From Macrostomum lignano (Eukaryota): DNA of 64,000 nt. How positions within the stretch are numbered: the first letter of the stretch is position 1; each line of letters begins with the position of its first letter. Shown in pieces: positions 12,101-25,378 of this stretch. A model generated the notes under the pieces. The model was not told the DNA's origin. It made no database searches and saw only the letters and a program-made list of their open reading frames with translations. The stretch is taken from NCBI GenBank assembly GCA_002269645.1, contig NIVC01000836.1, positions 1 to 64,000 on the forward strand, in the 5' to 3' direction. The position numbers and the translations under genes are program-made.

Positions 12101-15100
12101 GTTATGAGCTTGATCTCGTGACTGTTATGAGCTTGATCTCATGACTGTTATGAGCTTGATCTCATGATTGTTATGAGCTTGATCTCGTGACTGTTATGAA
12201 CTTGATCTCATGATTGCTATGAGCTTGATCTCATTATTCTTATGAGCTTGATCTCATGATTGTTATGAGCTTGATCTCGTGACTGTTATGAGCTTGATCT
12301 CATGACTGTTATGAGCTTGATCTCATGATTGTTATGAGCTTGATCTCGTGACTGTTATGAGCTTGATCTCATGATTGTTATGAGCTTGATCTCGTGACTG
12401 TTATGAACTTGATCTCATGATTGCTATGAGCTTGATCTCATGATTGCTATGAGCTTGATCTCGTGACTGTTATGAGCTTGATCTCATGATTGCTATGAGC
12501 TTGATCTCGTGATTGTTATGAGCTTGATCTCGTGATTGCTATGAGCTTGATCTCATGATTGCTATGAGCTTGATCTCGTGACTGTTATGAGCTTGATCTC
12601 ATGATTGTTATGAGCTTGATCTCATGATTGTTATGAGCTTGATCTCGTGATTGTTATGAGCTTGATCTCATGATTGCTATGAGCTTGATCTCGTGATTGT
12701 TATGAGCTTGATCTCGTGATTGCTATGAGCTTGATCTCATGATTGCTATGAGCTTGATCTCATGACTGTTATGAGCTTGATCTCATGATTGTTATGAGCT
12801 TGATCTCATGATTGTTATGAGCTTGATCTCGTGATTGTTATGAGCTTGATCTCATGATTGCTATGAGCTTGATCTCATGATTGTTATGAGCTTGATCTCG
12901 TGATTGCTATGAGCTTGATCTCATGATTGCTATGAGCTTGATTTCACTCTTCACATGAGCTTGATCTCATAATTGCTATGAGCTTGATTTCACTCTTCTC
13001 ATGAGCTTGATCTCATAATTGTTATGAGCTTGATTTCACTCTTCTCATGAGCTTGATCTCATGATTGTTATGAGCTTGATCTCGTGACTGTTATGAGCTT
13101 GATCTCATGATTGTTATGAGCTTGATCTCGTGACTGTTTGAGCTTGATCTCATGATTCATATGAGCTTGATCTCATGATTGTTATGAGCTTGATCTCGTG
13201 ACTGTTATGAGCTTGATCTCATGATTGTTATGAGCTTGATCTCATGATTGTTATGAGCTTGATCTCGTGACTGTTATGAGCTTGATCTCATGATTGTTAT
13301 GAGCTTGATCTCATGATTGTTATGAGCTTGATCTCGTGATTGTTATGAGCTTGATCTCGTGACTGTTATGAGCTTGATCTCATGACTGTTATGAGCTTGA
13401 TCTCATGATTGTTATGAGCTTGATCTCGTGACTGTTATGAACTTGATCTCATGATTGCTATGAGCTTGATCTCGTGATTGCTATGAGCTTGATCTCGTGA
13501 TTGTTATGAGCTTGATCTCATGATTGCTATGAGCTTGATCTCATGATTGTTATGAGCTTGATCTCATGATTGCTATGAGCTTGATCTCATGATTGCTATG
13601 AGCTTGATCTCATGATTGCTATAAGCTTGATCTCATGATTGCTATGAGCTTGATCTCATGATTGTTATGAGCTTGATCTCATGATTGCTATGAGCTTGAT
13701 CTCATGATTGCTATGAGCTTGATCTCATGATTGTTATGAGCTTGATCTCATGATTGCTATGAGCTTGATCTCATGATTGCTATAAGCTTGATCTCATGAT
13801 TGCTATGAGCTTGATCTCATGATTGCTATGAGCTTGATCTCATGATTGCTATGAGCTTGATTTCACTCTTCACATGAGCTTGATCTCATAATTGCTATGA
13901 GCTTGATTTCACTCTTCTCATGAGCTTGATCTCATAATTGTTATGAGCTTGATTTCACTCTTCTCATGAGCTTGATCTCATGATTGTTATGAGCTTGATC
14001 TCATGATTGTTATGAGCTTGATCTCATGATTGTTATGAGCTTGATCTCATGATTGCTATGAGCTTGATTTCACTCTTCACATGAGCTTGATCTCATAATT
14101 GCTATGAGCTTGATTTCACTCTTCTCATGAGCTTGATCTCATAATTGTTATGAGCTTGATTTCACTCTTCTCATGAGCTTGATCTCATGATTGTTATGAG
14201 CTTGATCTCATGATTGTTATGAGCTTGATCTCATGACTGTTATGAGCTTGATTTCACTCTTCACATGAGCTTGATCTCATAATTGCTATGAGCTTGATTT
14301 CACTCTTCTCATGAGCTTGATCTCATAATTGTTATGAGCTTGATTTCACTCTTCTCATGAGCTTGATCTCATGATTGTTATGAGCTTGATCTCATGATTG
14401 TTATGAGCTTGATCTCATGATTGTTATGAGCTTGATCTCATGATTGTTATGAGCTTGATCTCATGACTGTTATGAGCTTGATTTCACTCTTCACATGAGC
14501 TTGATCTCATAATTGCTATGAGCTTGATTTCACTCTTCTCATGAGCTTGATCTCATAATTGTTATGAGCTTGATTTCACTCTTCTCATGAGCTTGATCTC
14601 ATGATTGTTATGAGCTTGATCTCATGATTGTTATGAGCTTGATCTCATGATTGTTATGAGCTTGATCTCATGATTGTTATGAGCTTGATCTCATGACTGT
14701 TATGAGTTTGATCTCATGATTCCTATGAGCTTGATCTCATGATTTTTATGAGCTTGATCACATTATTCTTATGAGCTTGATCTCATGATTGTTATGAGCT
14801 TGATCTCATGATTTTTTTGAGCTTGATCTCATGATTCTTATGAGCTTGATCTCATGACTTTTATGAGCTTGATCTCATGATTTTTATGAGCTTGATCTCA
14901 TGATTCTTATGAGCTTGATCTCATGACTTTTATGAGCTTGATCTCATGATTTGCCAGCAACTCACTCCTCCCAGAAGCTGCAGCACCTCTGTCCATCCTC
15001 CTCCCCGCAGCAGTACACCTGGTCCTCCCGGCCCGGCTCGATCGGGCACACGAACAGGCCATAGACAGTTCGGTTCCGGTAGAGCCACGGCTCCACCACA

Positions 15101-16419
15101 GAGCTGTTGTGCTCAGCCGGCAGGTCGTCAATCACGTTGAAGCAGAGGGTGGCGCTGTCGGAGTAGTCAGAGTGGCGTCTCCGCCAGTGCCAGGAGGAGA
15201 AGAAGATGCCGCTGGTGTAGGCGCGCCTGTTCACGCGGTAGCTGACATAGTTGGGGGAGGGGGTGTACAGGGGGTAGTCACGACTATATTTAGCTTTCAA
15301 AGATAACCTAATTTAGGACGGGAAACTTCGTTTCTTAGAAAGTCATGAATGTTGGTTCTAAGCGTCCTTTCCGTGACTGGCCATTTTTATTGTTTCATTA
15401 AAGTGAAATTCAAATACTTTTCAAGAAACTATAATTGTCACGTCCTTTGCTTTTACGAGTACACAGGCCATCCTGCGTTACAGGTGTTTAAGATTCGAAC
15501 TCACGAGAATCGTTTGCTGACCAGTAGAGACATAGTGCTGTAGCCACTGCCTCTAGAAGAGCCATAGCGACCGCTGCTCCTACTGCCGCTGTACCTACTG
15601 CTGTACCTGCCGCCGCTGAACCTGCCACCGCCTCTGGCACCTGAGCTGCTACCGGCTGCGTGTGATCGAGGAGAGGCGATTTTAATCATGACAATCTACC
15701 TGACTCACTGCATGACAATCTACCTGACTCACTGCATGACAATCTACCTGACTCACTGCATGACAATCTACCTGACTCACTGCATGACAATCTACCTGAC
15801 TCACTGCATGACAATCTACCTGACTCACTGCATGACAATCTACCTGACTCACTGCATGACAATCTACCTGACTCACTGCATGACAATCTACCTGACTCAC
15901 TGCATGACAATCTACCTGACTCACTGCATGACAATCTACCTGACTCACTGCATGACAATCTACCTGACTCACTGCATGACAATCTACCTGACTCACTGCA
16001 TGACAATCTACCTGACTCACTGCATGACAATCTACCTGACTCACTGCATGACAATCTACCTGACTCACTGCATGACAATCTACCTGACTCACTGCATGAC
16101 AATCTACCTGACTCACTGCATGACAATCTACCTGACTCACTGCATGACAATCTACCTGACTCACTGCATGACAATCTACCTGACCCACTGCATGACAATC
16201 TACCTGACACACTTCATGACAATCTACCTGAATCACTGCATGACAATCTACCTGACTCACTGCATGACAATCTACCTGAAACTGCATATCTATCTACCTG
16301 ATACTGTACTACAATTCTGTGCACATTAAAGAACCTGGAACAACCGCAGCAACTGGAATCTTACCAATAGCCAGCAGAAGAATGAGGACAATAAGACAGT
16401 TGATAAGCTCCAGTTTCAT
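9103..16419 (-). CDS. Shisa-like/STMC6 (CX-type) single-pass membrane protein, paralogue A; 5 exons
   Basis: Exons 16419-16365, 15655-15505, 15241-14966, 10181-10077, 9376-9103; all GT-AG, phases 1/2/2/2, continuous frame. Signal peptide MKLELINCLIVLILLLAIAG; G/S/R-rich segment; 6-Cys ectodomain C..C..CC..CC (TLCF, VCP, YCCG, RCC); TM helix VIGLCVGVVLGCCVCVYI; cytoplasmic PPPY and PPAY motifs. Confidence 0.88.
10250..14950. repeat. 23-bp quasi-palindromic satellite filling intron 3 of paralogue A
   Basis: Unit TCATGATTGTTATGAGCTTGATC, about 200 copies. Variant blocks (GATTTCACTCTTCACATGAG) recur as higher-order repeats. Confidence 0.98.
15686..16285. repeat. 24-bp near-perfect minisatellite in intron 1 of paralogue A
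   Basis: Unit CATGACAATCTACCTGACTCACTG, about 24 copies, almost invariant. Confidence 0.98.
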
Positions 16420-17084
16420 GTTTTACGATCAGCAAACAATCTTTGCCACACTGCAATCTTCAGCTTTGCTGAACTCTAAAAAGGAAAAAAAAGTTCTTCA
16501 CTCAACTACTTGTATGGGACACCTCCCTGCCCTCTTCAGCAATTCTATAGCGGGGAAGGGGCAGAATCGATAATGGCTGCTCTGTCCCCTGGGGTGAGAG
16601 TTATAGAGCTGTTGTCATGACAACGGAGTCGCCCTCCCCTCTCACTGCACTCTCGTCCTCCTGGTTTCTCTCCACGTCTCACTCGCTGTCCTTCCCTGTT
16701 CCCCAAAATAAAATGGGAGTACAAAAACGCGAAATAATACATTTACAAAAGACTTAACGCTTTAACGAACATTATATTTTTTTTCGTTGATTTAATCTAC
16801 CTTACTAAAAAATATGGTTTCTTTTCACAGAGACAGCGCTATGCAAATGCTGCTAAGCCAATGGGAGAAGCAAGTTTGGTTTTTGATTTGAGCGATAAGA
16901 CACGGCTGGAAAGGGAAGGAGTTTTAAAATAAAGCACAAAAATTAGCGTACGACTGAATATTTTTTAAATACAAAAGTGATACACGAGGCTAAATTATAT
17001 ATTCGAGCCTGATGCTACTGCAACTTGACTCTCAAACTATAGTTCAGATCACCGAGGATCGTTGGGGACCTCTGAGGATTATTG

Positions 17085-18210
17085 GGGATCTCTATGAAAT
17101 TTCTTTGAGAATCTCTGAAGATCTCTGAGGATCTCTGAAGATCTCTGAGGATCTCTGAGGATCTCTAAAGATCTCTGAGGATCTCTGAAGTTCTCTGAGG
17201 ATCTCTGAAGATCTCTGAGGATCTCTGAAGATCTATGGGAATCTTTGAGGATCTCTGAAGATCTCTGAGGATCTCTGAAGATCTCTGAGGATCTCTGAAG
17301 ATCTCTGAGGATCTCTGAAGATCTCTGAGGATCTCTGAAGATCTCTGAGGATCTCTGAAGATCTCTGAGGATCTCTGAAGATCTATGGGAATCTTTGAGG
17401 ATCTCTGAAGATCTATGGGAATCTTTGAGGATCTCTGAAGATCTCTGAGGATCTCTGAAGATCTCTGAGGATCTCTGAGGATCTCTGAAGATCTCTGAGG
17501 ATCTCTGAAGATCTCTGAGGATCTCTGAAGATCTCTGAGGATCTCTGAAGATCTATGGGAATCTTTGAGGATCTCTGAAGATCTATGGGAATCTTTGAGG
17601 ATCTCTGAAGATCTCTGAGGATCTCTGAAGATCTCTGAGGATCTCTGAGGATCTCTGAAGATCTCTGAGGATCTCTGAAGATCTCTGAGGATCTCTGAAG
17701 ATCTCTGAGGATCTCTGAAGATCTATGGGAATCTTTGAGGATCTCATATATTTCTAGAGATATCTCTAAGGATCGCTAGGTATCTCTGGGGATCTCAAAT
17801 ATTTCTAGAGATATCTAAGGATCGCTAGGGATGTCTGGCGATCTCATATATTTCTGGGGATATCTAAGCATCGCTAGGGATCTCTGGGGATTTTTTGGGG
17901 TCTCTAGGTATCTCTGGGGATCTCAAATATTTCTAGCGATATCTGAGGATCGCTAGGGATCTCTGGGGATTTTTTGGGGGTTTCTAGGGATCTCTGGGGA
18001 TCTCAAATATTTCTAGGGATATCTAAAGATCGCTAGGGATGTCTGGCGATCTCAAATATTTCTGGGGATATCTAAGGATCGCTAGAGATCTCTGGGGATT
18101 TTTTGGGGGTCTCTAGGGATCTCTGGGGATCTCAAATATTTCTAGGGATATCTAAAGATCTCGAGAATATTTGGGTAACTCTGAGAATCTCTGAGGATCT
18201 CTGAGAATAT
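17085..18210. repeat. Intergenic 10/20-bp GATCTCTGA(A/G) satellite followed by a degenerate longer-period tail
   Basis: GATCTCTGAAGATCTCTGAG tandem to about 17750, with GATCTATGGGAATCTTTGAG variants. It continues as degenerate GGGATCTCAAATATTTCTAG...GGATCGCTAGG units to about 18210. Confidence 0.93.
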
Positions 18211-18348
18211 TTTAGCAAAATGACATAAGGATTTCTGCTGACTAGAGTGTTCCAGAGAAATCAAATCCTTGAGAATTCAAAAACCTCGGCCTACCCTGCC
18301 CGAGTCCCTGAAGATCCTGTCAAGTCGCTCAGCTAATTGCTGAGCGCC

Positions 18349-21300
18349 TCATCTCCGACTAACCGCCCAGTAAGGAGGCGGCGGCGTGGTGGGTTGTAGC
18401 GGATAATCGCCATCCATCTGCTGGCGCCGCTGCCTCTCGTCCCACATCTCCTCTAGCACTGTGTCGTATCTTGGCGGAGATTCTGGTTTGTCATCTTGAG
18501 CTGCTTCTGGTGCTGCTGCTGCAGACGATGATGATGAAGCTGCTGCTGCACCAGCTTCAGCTGCAGCCGCTGGTTGCTCTGCTGTGGCACCTGGATTGCC
18601 TCCAGCACCTGCCGAATGCTCTTCGACTTGGTTTCTGCGCGAAGAAGATGATTATTTATGACACATGCATGCGGTACGAGTAGTATGGATCATTCCTGCC
18701 TCTAAATTCTGTCTCAAAGTTAAATATCAAAAAAATTCCCTGTAAATTATGCTTTTAGAAGCTCTTAACTTCAAACTTCTTGTACATGTACTAACCAACT
18801 TCCAAAAGCTTAAAAGATGCCTAACTTCATATTCCTCCAAGCTAAACATTCCCCAAGCTAAACATTCTCCAAGTTAAACATTCCCCAAGCTAAACATTCC
18901 CCAAGTTAAACATTCCCCTAGCTATAAACATTTCCCAACTTCATACTTCACTATCAAGTTTTAAAATATCCCAAAAATTTGGTCAGTTTACAACCAAGGA
19001 CCACTAGGAACTCTTCGATGTAGTCTAGTCTGTCTAGTCTAGTAGTCCTTGGTTGGAAATTTTACGAACCTTCTGACGCCGCGGGACCTGACGCAGGCCT
19101 GCCAAAGGCGGATCGAAGCCACGAAACCGGAGGCCAAACCGCACACCAAGCCGAAGGTTGCCGAAGCGACCCGGGACGCGCTGGGTGGTTGGGTGGAATC
19201 AAGTGTGAGTCAAGTGTGAGTCAACTATGAGTCAAATGTGAGGAAACTGTGAGTCAACTATGAGTCAAATGTGAGGAAACTGTGAGTCAACTATGAATCA
19301 GGTGTGAGTCAAATGTCAGTCAACTATGAATCAAGTGTGAGTCAACTATGAGTTAAGTGTGAGTCAATGTGAGTCAAGTGTAAGTCAAGTGTGAGTCAAC
19401 TATGAATCAAGTGTGAGTCAAGTGTGAATCAAATGTGGGTCAACTGTGAGTCAACTATGAGTCAACTATGATTCAGATATGAGTTTAGTCTAGTGTAAGA
19501 TAGCTCTGAACTCACTCCTCCCAGAAGCTGCAGCACCTCTGTCCATCCTCCTCCCCGCAGCAGTTCACCTGGTCCTCCCGGCCCGGCTCGATCGGGCAGA
19601 CGAACAGGCCATAGACAGTTCGGTTCCGGTAGAGCCACGGCTCCACCACAGAGCTGTTGTGCTCAGCCGGCAGGTCGTCAATCACGTTGAAGCAGAGGGT
19701 GGCGCTGTCGGAGTAGTCAGAGTGGCGTCTCCGCCAGTGCCAGGTGGAGAAGAAGATGCCGCTGGTGTAGGCGCGCCTGTTCACGCGGTAACTGTAAGGA
19801 GGGGGGAGAGCAGGGCAGCTCAGCGGTACGGGGGTTCGATTCCGTGCGCAACCACAAACAGTTGGCCAGGCGGTTGTAATGCAATTCGCAACCATGAGGG
19901 CCAGCCCCCAAGGCACAGAGAGTGTACATGCCTGACGATTAGAAAGTCAGGGCTGCTGTAAACCCTGTGTGAGCGTGTGTATGAGTGCTGTGCCTGCGTA
20001 CAGCATTGGCGCGCTTGTATGCTCAGGAGCCAGCGGAATGGCGGTATGAGTGCTTGTCTTCTAGCTGGCCCCAGTCCCCACTAATCCAAGGTCATCAAGC
20101 ACCCAATGAAGTTCACTCACGGAAATTTGCTACTAACAAACACAGACACACTTCCGGAGCTACGGAAACTGGAGCGGCTGCTCCGACTGCCGGTTGAGCT
20201 CTTGCCAATCGCGGGGCAAAGCATCAGCTCTGCGTGAGTTGCGTGGATGCTTGGGCTGAGTTTTTCTAAGTCCATGATAGATGGAATTTCGGGTTAAGGA
20301 AAAAAGGAGAGAATAAGGAGAGTGAGAGAGATGAGAGATAGAGAGAGGAGAGAAGGAGAGGAGACAGGGAGAGAGGAAGAGAGAGGAGGGAGGGAGAGAG
20401 GATAGATAGAGGAGAGTTAGAGGAGAGAGTAGAGAGGGAGAGAGAGGAGAGAGAGAAGAGAAAGAGAGGAGAGAGAGGAGGGAGGAGATAGGGAGAAAGG
20501 GAGAGAGAGGAGAGAGAAGAGAGAGGATAGAAGAGAGAGGGAGAGAGAGAGAGGAGAGAGAAGAGAGAGGATAGAAGAGAGAGGGAGAGAGAGAGGAGAG
20601 AGAAGAGAGAGGATAGAAGAGAGAGGGAGAGAGAGGATAGAAGAGAGAGGACAGAAGAGAGAGGGAGAAAGAGGAGAGAGAAGAGAGAGGGAGAGAGAGA
20701 AGAGAGAAGAGAGAGGATAGAAGAGAGAGGACAGAAGAGAGAGGGAGAGAGAGAAGAGAGAAGAGAGAGGACAGAAGAGAGAGGATAGAAGAGAGAGAAG
20801 AGAGAGGATAGAAGAGAGAGAAGAGAGAGGATAGAAGAGAGAGAAGAGAGAGGATAGAAGAGAGAGAAGAGAGAGGACAGAAGAGAGAGGATAGAAGAGA
20901 GAGAAGAGAGAGGATAGAAGAGAGAGAAGAGAGAGGATAGAAGAGAGGGAGAGAGAGAAGAGAGAAGAGAGAGGACAGAAGAGAGAGGATAGAAGAGAGA
21001 GAAGAGAGAGGATAGAAGAGAGAGAAGAGAGAGGATAGAAGAGAGAGAAGAGAGAGGATAGAAGAGAGAGAAGAGAGAGGATAGAAGAGAGAGAAGAGAG
21101 AGGATAGAAGAGAGAGGATAGAAGAGAGAGAAGAGAGAGGATAGAAGAGAGAGGGAGAGAGAGGAGAGAGGATAGAAGAGAGAGGGAGAGAGAGGAGAGA
21201 GGACAGAAGAGAGAGGGAGAGAGAGGAGAGAGAAGAGAGAGGACAGAAGAGAGAGGGAGAGAGAGGAGAGAGGACAGAAGAGAGAGGGAGAGAGGGAGAG

Positions 21301-21464
21301 AGAGGAGAGAGGACAGAAGAGAGAGGGAGAGAGAGGAGAGAGGACAGAAGAGAGAGGGAGATGCAGATACGCGGTAGAAGGCAAATATATCAAGCGATCT
21401 TACCAGCAGTGATAGCGATGCAGAGTGCCCAACTCACAGCAGAGATATTTCTGTTGCAAAGCAT
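18349..21464 (-). CDS. Shisa-like/STMC6 (CX-type) single-pass membrane protein, paralogue B; 5 exons
   Basis: Exons 21464-21404, 20229-20121, 19791-19516, 19180-19070, 18634-18349; GT-AG, phases 1/2/2/2. Signal peptide MLCNRNISAVSWALCIAITAELMLCPAIG; S/R-rich segment; the same 6-Cys ectodomain as A; TM VASATFGLVCGLASGFVASI; tail with PPRY and PPPPY. Confidence 0.87.
19195..19490. repeat. Degenerate 10-bp (GAGTCAAGTGT/GAGTCAACTAT) repeat in intron 3 of paralogue B
   Basis: Tandem TGAGTCAA-core units. Confidence 0.88.
20295..21362. repeat. GA-rich polypurine array in intron 1 of paralogue B
   Basis: AGAAGAGAGAGGA(T/C) units; nearly pure purine on the + strand. Confidence 0.96.
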
Positions 21465-21849
21465 TGCAACTCCTTAGAAGAGAACCGAGGTATTCCCAGC
21501 CACAGGAGAGAGGATGCGTGTTGATTACAAGAAGCATGCTTTAATCCACTGAAAGGTGGGGGTCAAATGCTTCTCTCTCTTGTCGTCATGGTAGCCGTTT
21601 TTTTCACTTGGTTCAGAGCACGATCCAGGAGAGAATGGGAGGCCTGTACATTCTTAGTGAATGCCCTGTGCGTACAGCAGTGTACATTCTCGTAAGTGCG
21701 TAAAAGTAGCTTTTGAAAAGTGAATTGAGACGGGAAGGGGCTGGGATAGAGGGGTGAGATTGAGGGAGACAGTAGGGAGAAGCTGATTAGAAGTAGATAA
21801 GGCGGGGTGAGTTCAGATGAGACAATATGAGAGAGTAGATGAGAAAAGG

Positions 21850-22430
21850 TGGGAGAGTAGATGAGACAGGGTGATATCAGATGAGACGGGGGTGTGAGAT
21901 AGCAGATGAGATAGGATGAGAGAATGTAGAAAACGGGGTGAAAGATTAGCTGAGACAAAGTGAGAGAATAGATGAGACTGAGTGAGACTGAGTGAGATCA
22001 GATAAGATAAAGGGAGATCAGATGAGATAAGGTGGGATCAGATGAAATAAAGTGAGATCAGATGAGATAGGGTGAGATCAGATGAGATAGGGTGAGATCA
22101 GATGAGACAGGGTGAGATCAGATGAGATAGGGTGAGATCAGATGAGATAGGGTGAGATCAGATGAGATAGGGTGAGATCAGATGAGATAGGGTGAGATCA
22201 GATGAGACAGGGTGAGATCAGATGAGATAGGGTGAGATCAGATGAGATAGGGTGAGATCAGATGAGATAGGGTGAGATCAGATGAGACAGGGTGAGATCA
22301 GATGAGATAGGGTGAGATCAGATGAGATAGGGTGAGATCAGATGAGATAGGGTGAGATCAGATGAGACAGGGTGAGATCAGATGAAATAGGGTGAGATCA
22401 GATGAGATAGGGTGAGATCAGATGAGACAG
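21850..22430. repeat. 20-bp minisatellite
   Basis: Unit GATGAGATAGGGTGAGATCA, homogeneous from about 22040 to 22420, with a degenerate left flank. Confidence 0.95.
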
Positions 22431-22696
22431 GAGTGTGTGAGAATGATATTAAGCAAGTTAAGTGGGTTTCGTGGCAAGCTAAGAGTAGGTCAGACTTTCA
22501 TCAGAATTTTTTTATTTTAAACGCGATTTTGCGATCAAAACGGTCTATGCGATCAAAACAAACAAAGAATGTTATTGATACGGAAAAGGTCACTTGCAGC
22601 TTTCATGTAGGTCCGTAGAAATTTAATTTATTTGATAAATAAACAAGCAAAAAATAACATGGGTTCAAATGATCAGCTTTAACCTTATTAGTTTTT

Positions 22697-25330
22697 CCCA
22701 ATCCTCAGGTGCGTCATCTTCTCAATCCTCAGGTGGGTCATCTTCCCAATCCTCAGGTGCGTCATCTTCTCAATCCTCAGGTGGGTCATCTCCTAATCCT
22801 CAGGAGGGTCATCTCCCAATCCTCAGATGGGTCATCTCCCAATCCTCAGATGGGTCATCTTTTCAATCATCAAGTGGGTCATCTCCCAATCCTCAGATGG
22901 GTCATCTTTTCAATCATCAAGTGGGTCATCTCCCAATCCTCAGATGGGTCATCTTCTCAATCCTCAGGTGGGTCATCTCCCAATCCTCAGATGGGTCATC
23001 TTCTCAATCATCAAGTGGGTCATCTCCCAATCCTCAGATGGGTCATCTTCTCAATCCTCAGGTGGGTCATCTTCTCAATCCTCAGGTGGGTCATCTTCTC
23101 AATCCTCAGGTGAGTCATCTTCTTAATCCTCAGGTGGGTCATCTTCTCAATCCTCAGGTGGGTCATCTCTCATCCTCAGGTGGGTCATCTTCTCAATCCT
23201 CAGGTGGGTCATCTCTCATCCTCAGGTGGGTCATCTTCTCAATCCTTCGGTGGGTCATCTTCTCAATCCTCAGATGGGTCATCTTCTCAATCCTCAGGTG
23301 GGTCATCTCCCAATCCTCAGATGGGTCATCTTCTCAATCATCAAGTGGGTCATCTCCCAATCCTCAGATGGGTCATCTTCTCAATCATCAAGTGGGTCAT
23401 CTCCCAATCCTCAGATGGGTCATCTTCTCAATCCTCAGGTGGGTCATCTTCTCAATCCTCAGGTGGGTCATCTTCTCAATCCTCAGGTGGGTCATCTTCT
23501 CAATCCTCAGGAGGGTCATCTCCCAATCCTCAGGTGGGTCATCTTCTCAATCCTCAGGTGGGTCATCTTCTCAATCCTCAGATGGGTCATCTCTCATCCT
23601 CAGGTGGGTCATCTTCTCAATCCTCAGGTGGGTCATCTCTCATCCTCAGGTGGGTCATCTTCTCAATCCTTCGGTGGGTCATCTTCTCAATCCTCAGATG
23701 GGTCATCTTCTCAATCCTCAGGTGGGTCATCTTCTCAATCCTCAGGTGGGTCATCTTCTCAATCCTTCGGTGGGTCATCTTCTCAATCCTCAGATGGGTC
23801 ATCTTCTCAATCCTCAGGTGGGTCATCTCTCATCCTCTGGTGGGTCATCTTCTCAATCCTCAGGTGGGTCATCTCTCATCCTCAGGTGGGTCATCTTCTC
23901 AATCCTCAGGTGGGTCATCTCCCAATCCTCAGATGGGTCATCTTCTCAATCATCAAGTGGGTCATCTCCCAATCCTCAGATGGGTCATCTTCTCAATCCT
24001 CAGGTGGGTCATCTTCTCAATCCTCAGGTGGGTCATCTTCTCAATCCTCAGGTGAGTCATCTTCTTAATCCTCAGGTGGGTCATCTTCTCAATCCTCAGG
24101 TGGGTCATCTCTCATCCTCAGGTGGGTCATCTTCTCAATCCTCAGGTGGGTCATCTTCTCAATCCTCAGGTGGGTCATCTTCTCAATCCTTCGGTGGGTC
24201 ATCTTCTCAATCCTCAGATGGGTCATCTTCTCAATCCTCAGGTGGGTCATCTCTCATCCTCTGGTGGGTCATCTTCTCAATCATCAAGTGGGTCATCTCC
24301 CAATCCTCAGATGGGTCATCTTCTCAATCATCAAGTGGGTCATCTCCCAATCCTCAGATGGGTCATCTTCTCAATCCTCAGGTGGGTCATCTTCTCAATC
24401 CTCAGGTGGGTCATCTTCTCAATCCTCAGGTGGGTCATCTTCTCAATCCTCAGGTGGGTCATCTTCTCAATCCTCAGGAGGGTCATCTCCCAATCCTCAG
24501 GTGGGTCATCTTCTCAATCCTCAGGTGGGTCATCTTCTCAATCCTCAGGTGGGTCATCTCTCATCCTCAGGTGGGTCATCTTCTCAATCCTCAGGTGGGT
24601 CATCTCTCATCCTCAGGTGGGTCATCTTCTCAATCCTCAGGTGGGTCATCTTCTCAATCCTCAGATGGGTCATCTTCTCAATCCTCAGGTGGGTCATCTT
24701 CTCAATCCTCAGGTGGGTCATCTTCTCAATCCTCAGATGGGTCATCTTCTCAATCCTCAGGTGGGTCATCTTCTCAATCCTTCGGTGGGTCATCTTCTCA
24801 ATCCTCAGATGGGTCATCTTCTCAATCCTCAGGTGGGTCATCTCTCATCCTCTGGTGGGTCATCTTCTCAATCCTCAGGTGGGTCATCTCTCATCCTCAG
24901 GTGGGTCATCTTCTCAATCCTCAGGTGGGTCATCTCCCAATCCTCAGGTGGGTCATCTTCTCAATCCTTCGGTGGGTCATCTTCTCAATCCTCAGATGGG
25001 TCATCTTCTCAATCCTCAGGTGGGTCATCTCCCAATCCTCAGATGGGTCATCTTCTCAATCCTCAGGTGGGTCATCTTCTCAATCCTCAGGTGGGTCATC
25101 TTCTCAATCCTCAGGTGGGTCATCTTCTCAATCCTTCGGTGGGTCATCTTCTCAATCCTCAGATGGGTCATCTTCTCAATCCTCAGGTGGGTCATCTTCT
25201 CAATCCTCAGATGGGTCATTTTCTCAATCCTCAGGTGGGTCATCTTCTCAATCCTCAGGTGGGTCATCTTCTCAATCCTTCGGTGGGTCATCTCCCTCTC
25301 CAATACTCAGGTAGGTCACTTCAAACTCTT
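22697..25330. repeat. 24/23-bp satellite just downstream of the paralogue C stop codon
   Basis: Unit CTCAATCCTCAGGTGGGTCATCTT, with 23-bp variants that shift frame. This explains the overlapping SSQSSGGS/LLNPQVGH/ILRWVIFS ORFs. Confidence 0.98.
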
Positions 25331-25378
25331 CAGATCGGTCATCTTCCCAATCCTCAAATGCGATCAATTCGGCCGTTG

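Noticed and set aside
15682-16329. ORFs of (SQVDCHAV)n, (SESGRLSC)n and (MTIYLTHC)n
   Set aside because: They come from a 24-bp intronic minisatellite between the signal-peptide exon and exon 2 of paralogue A.
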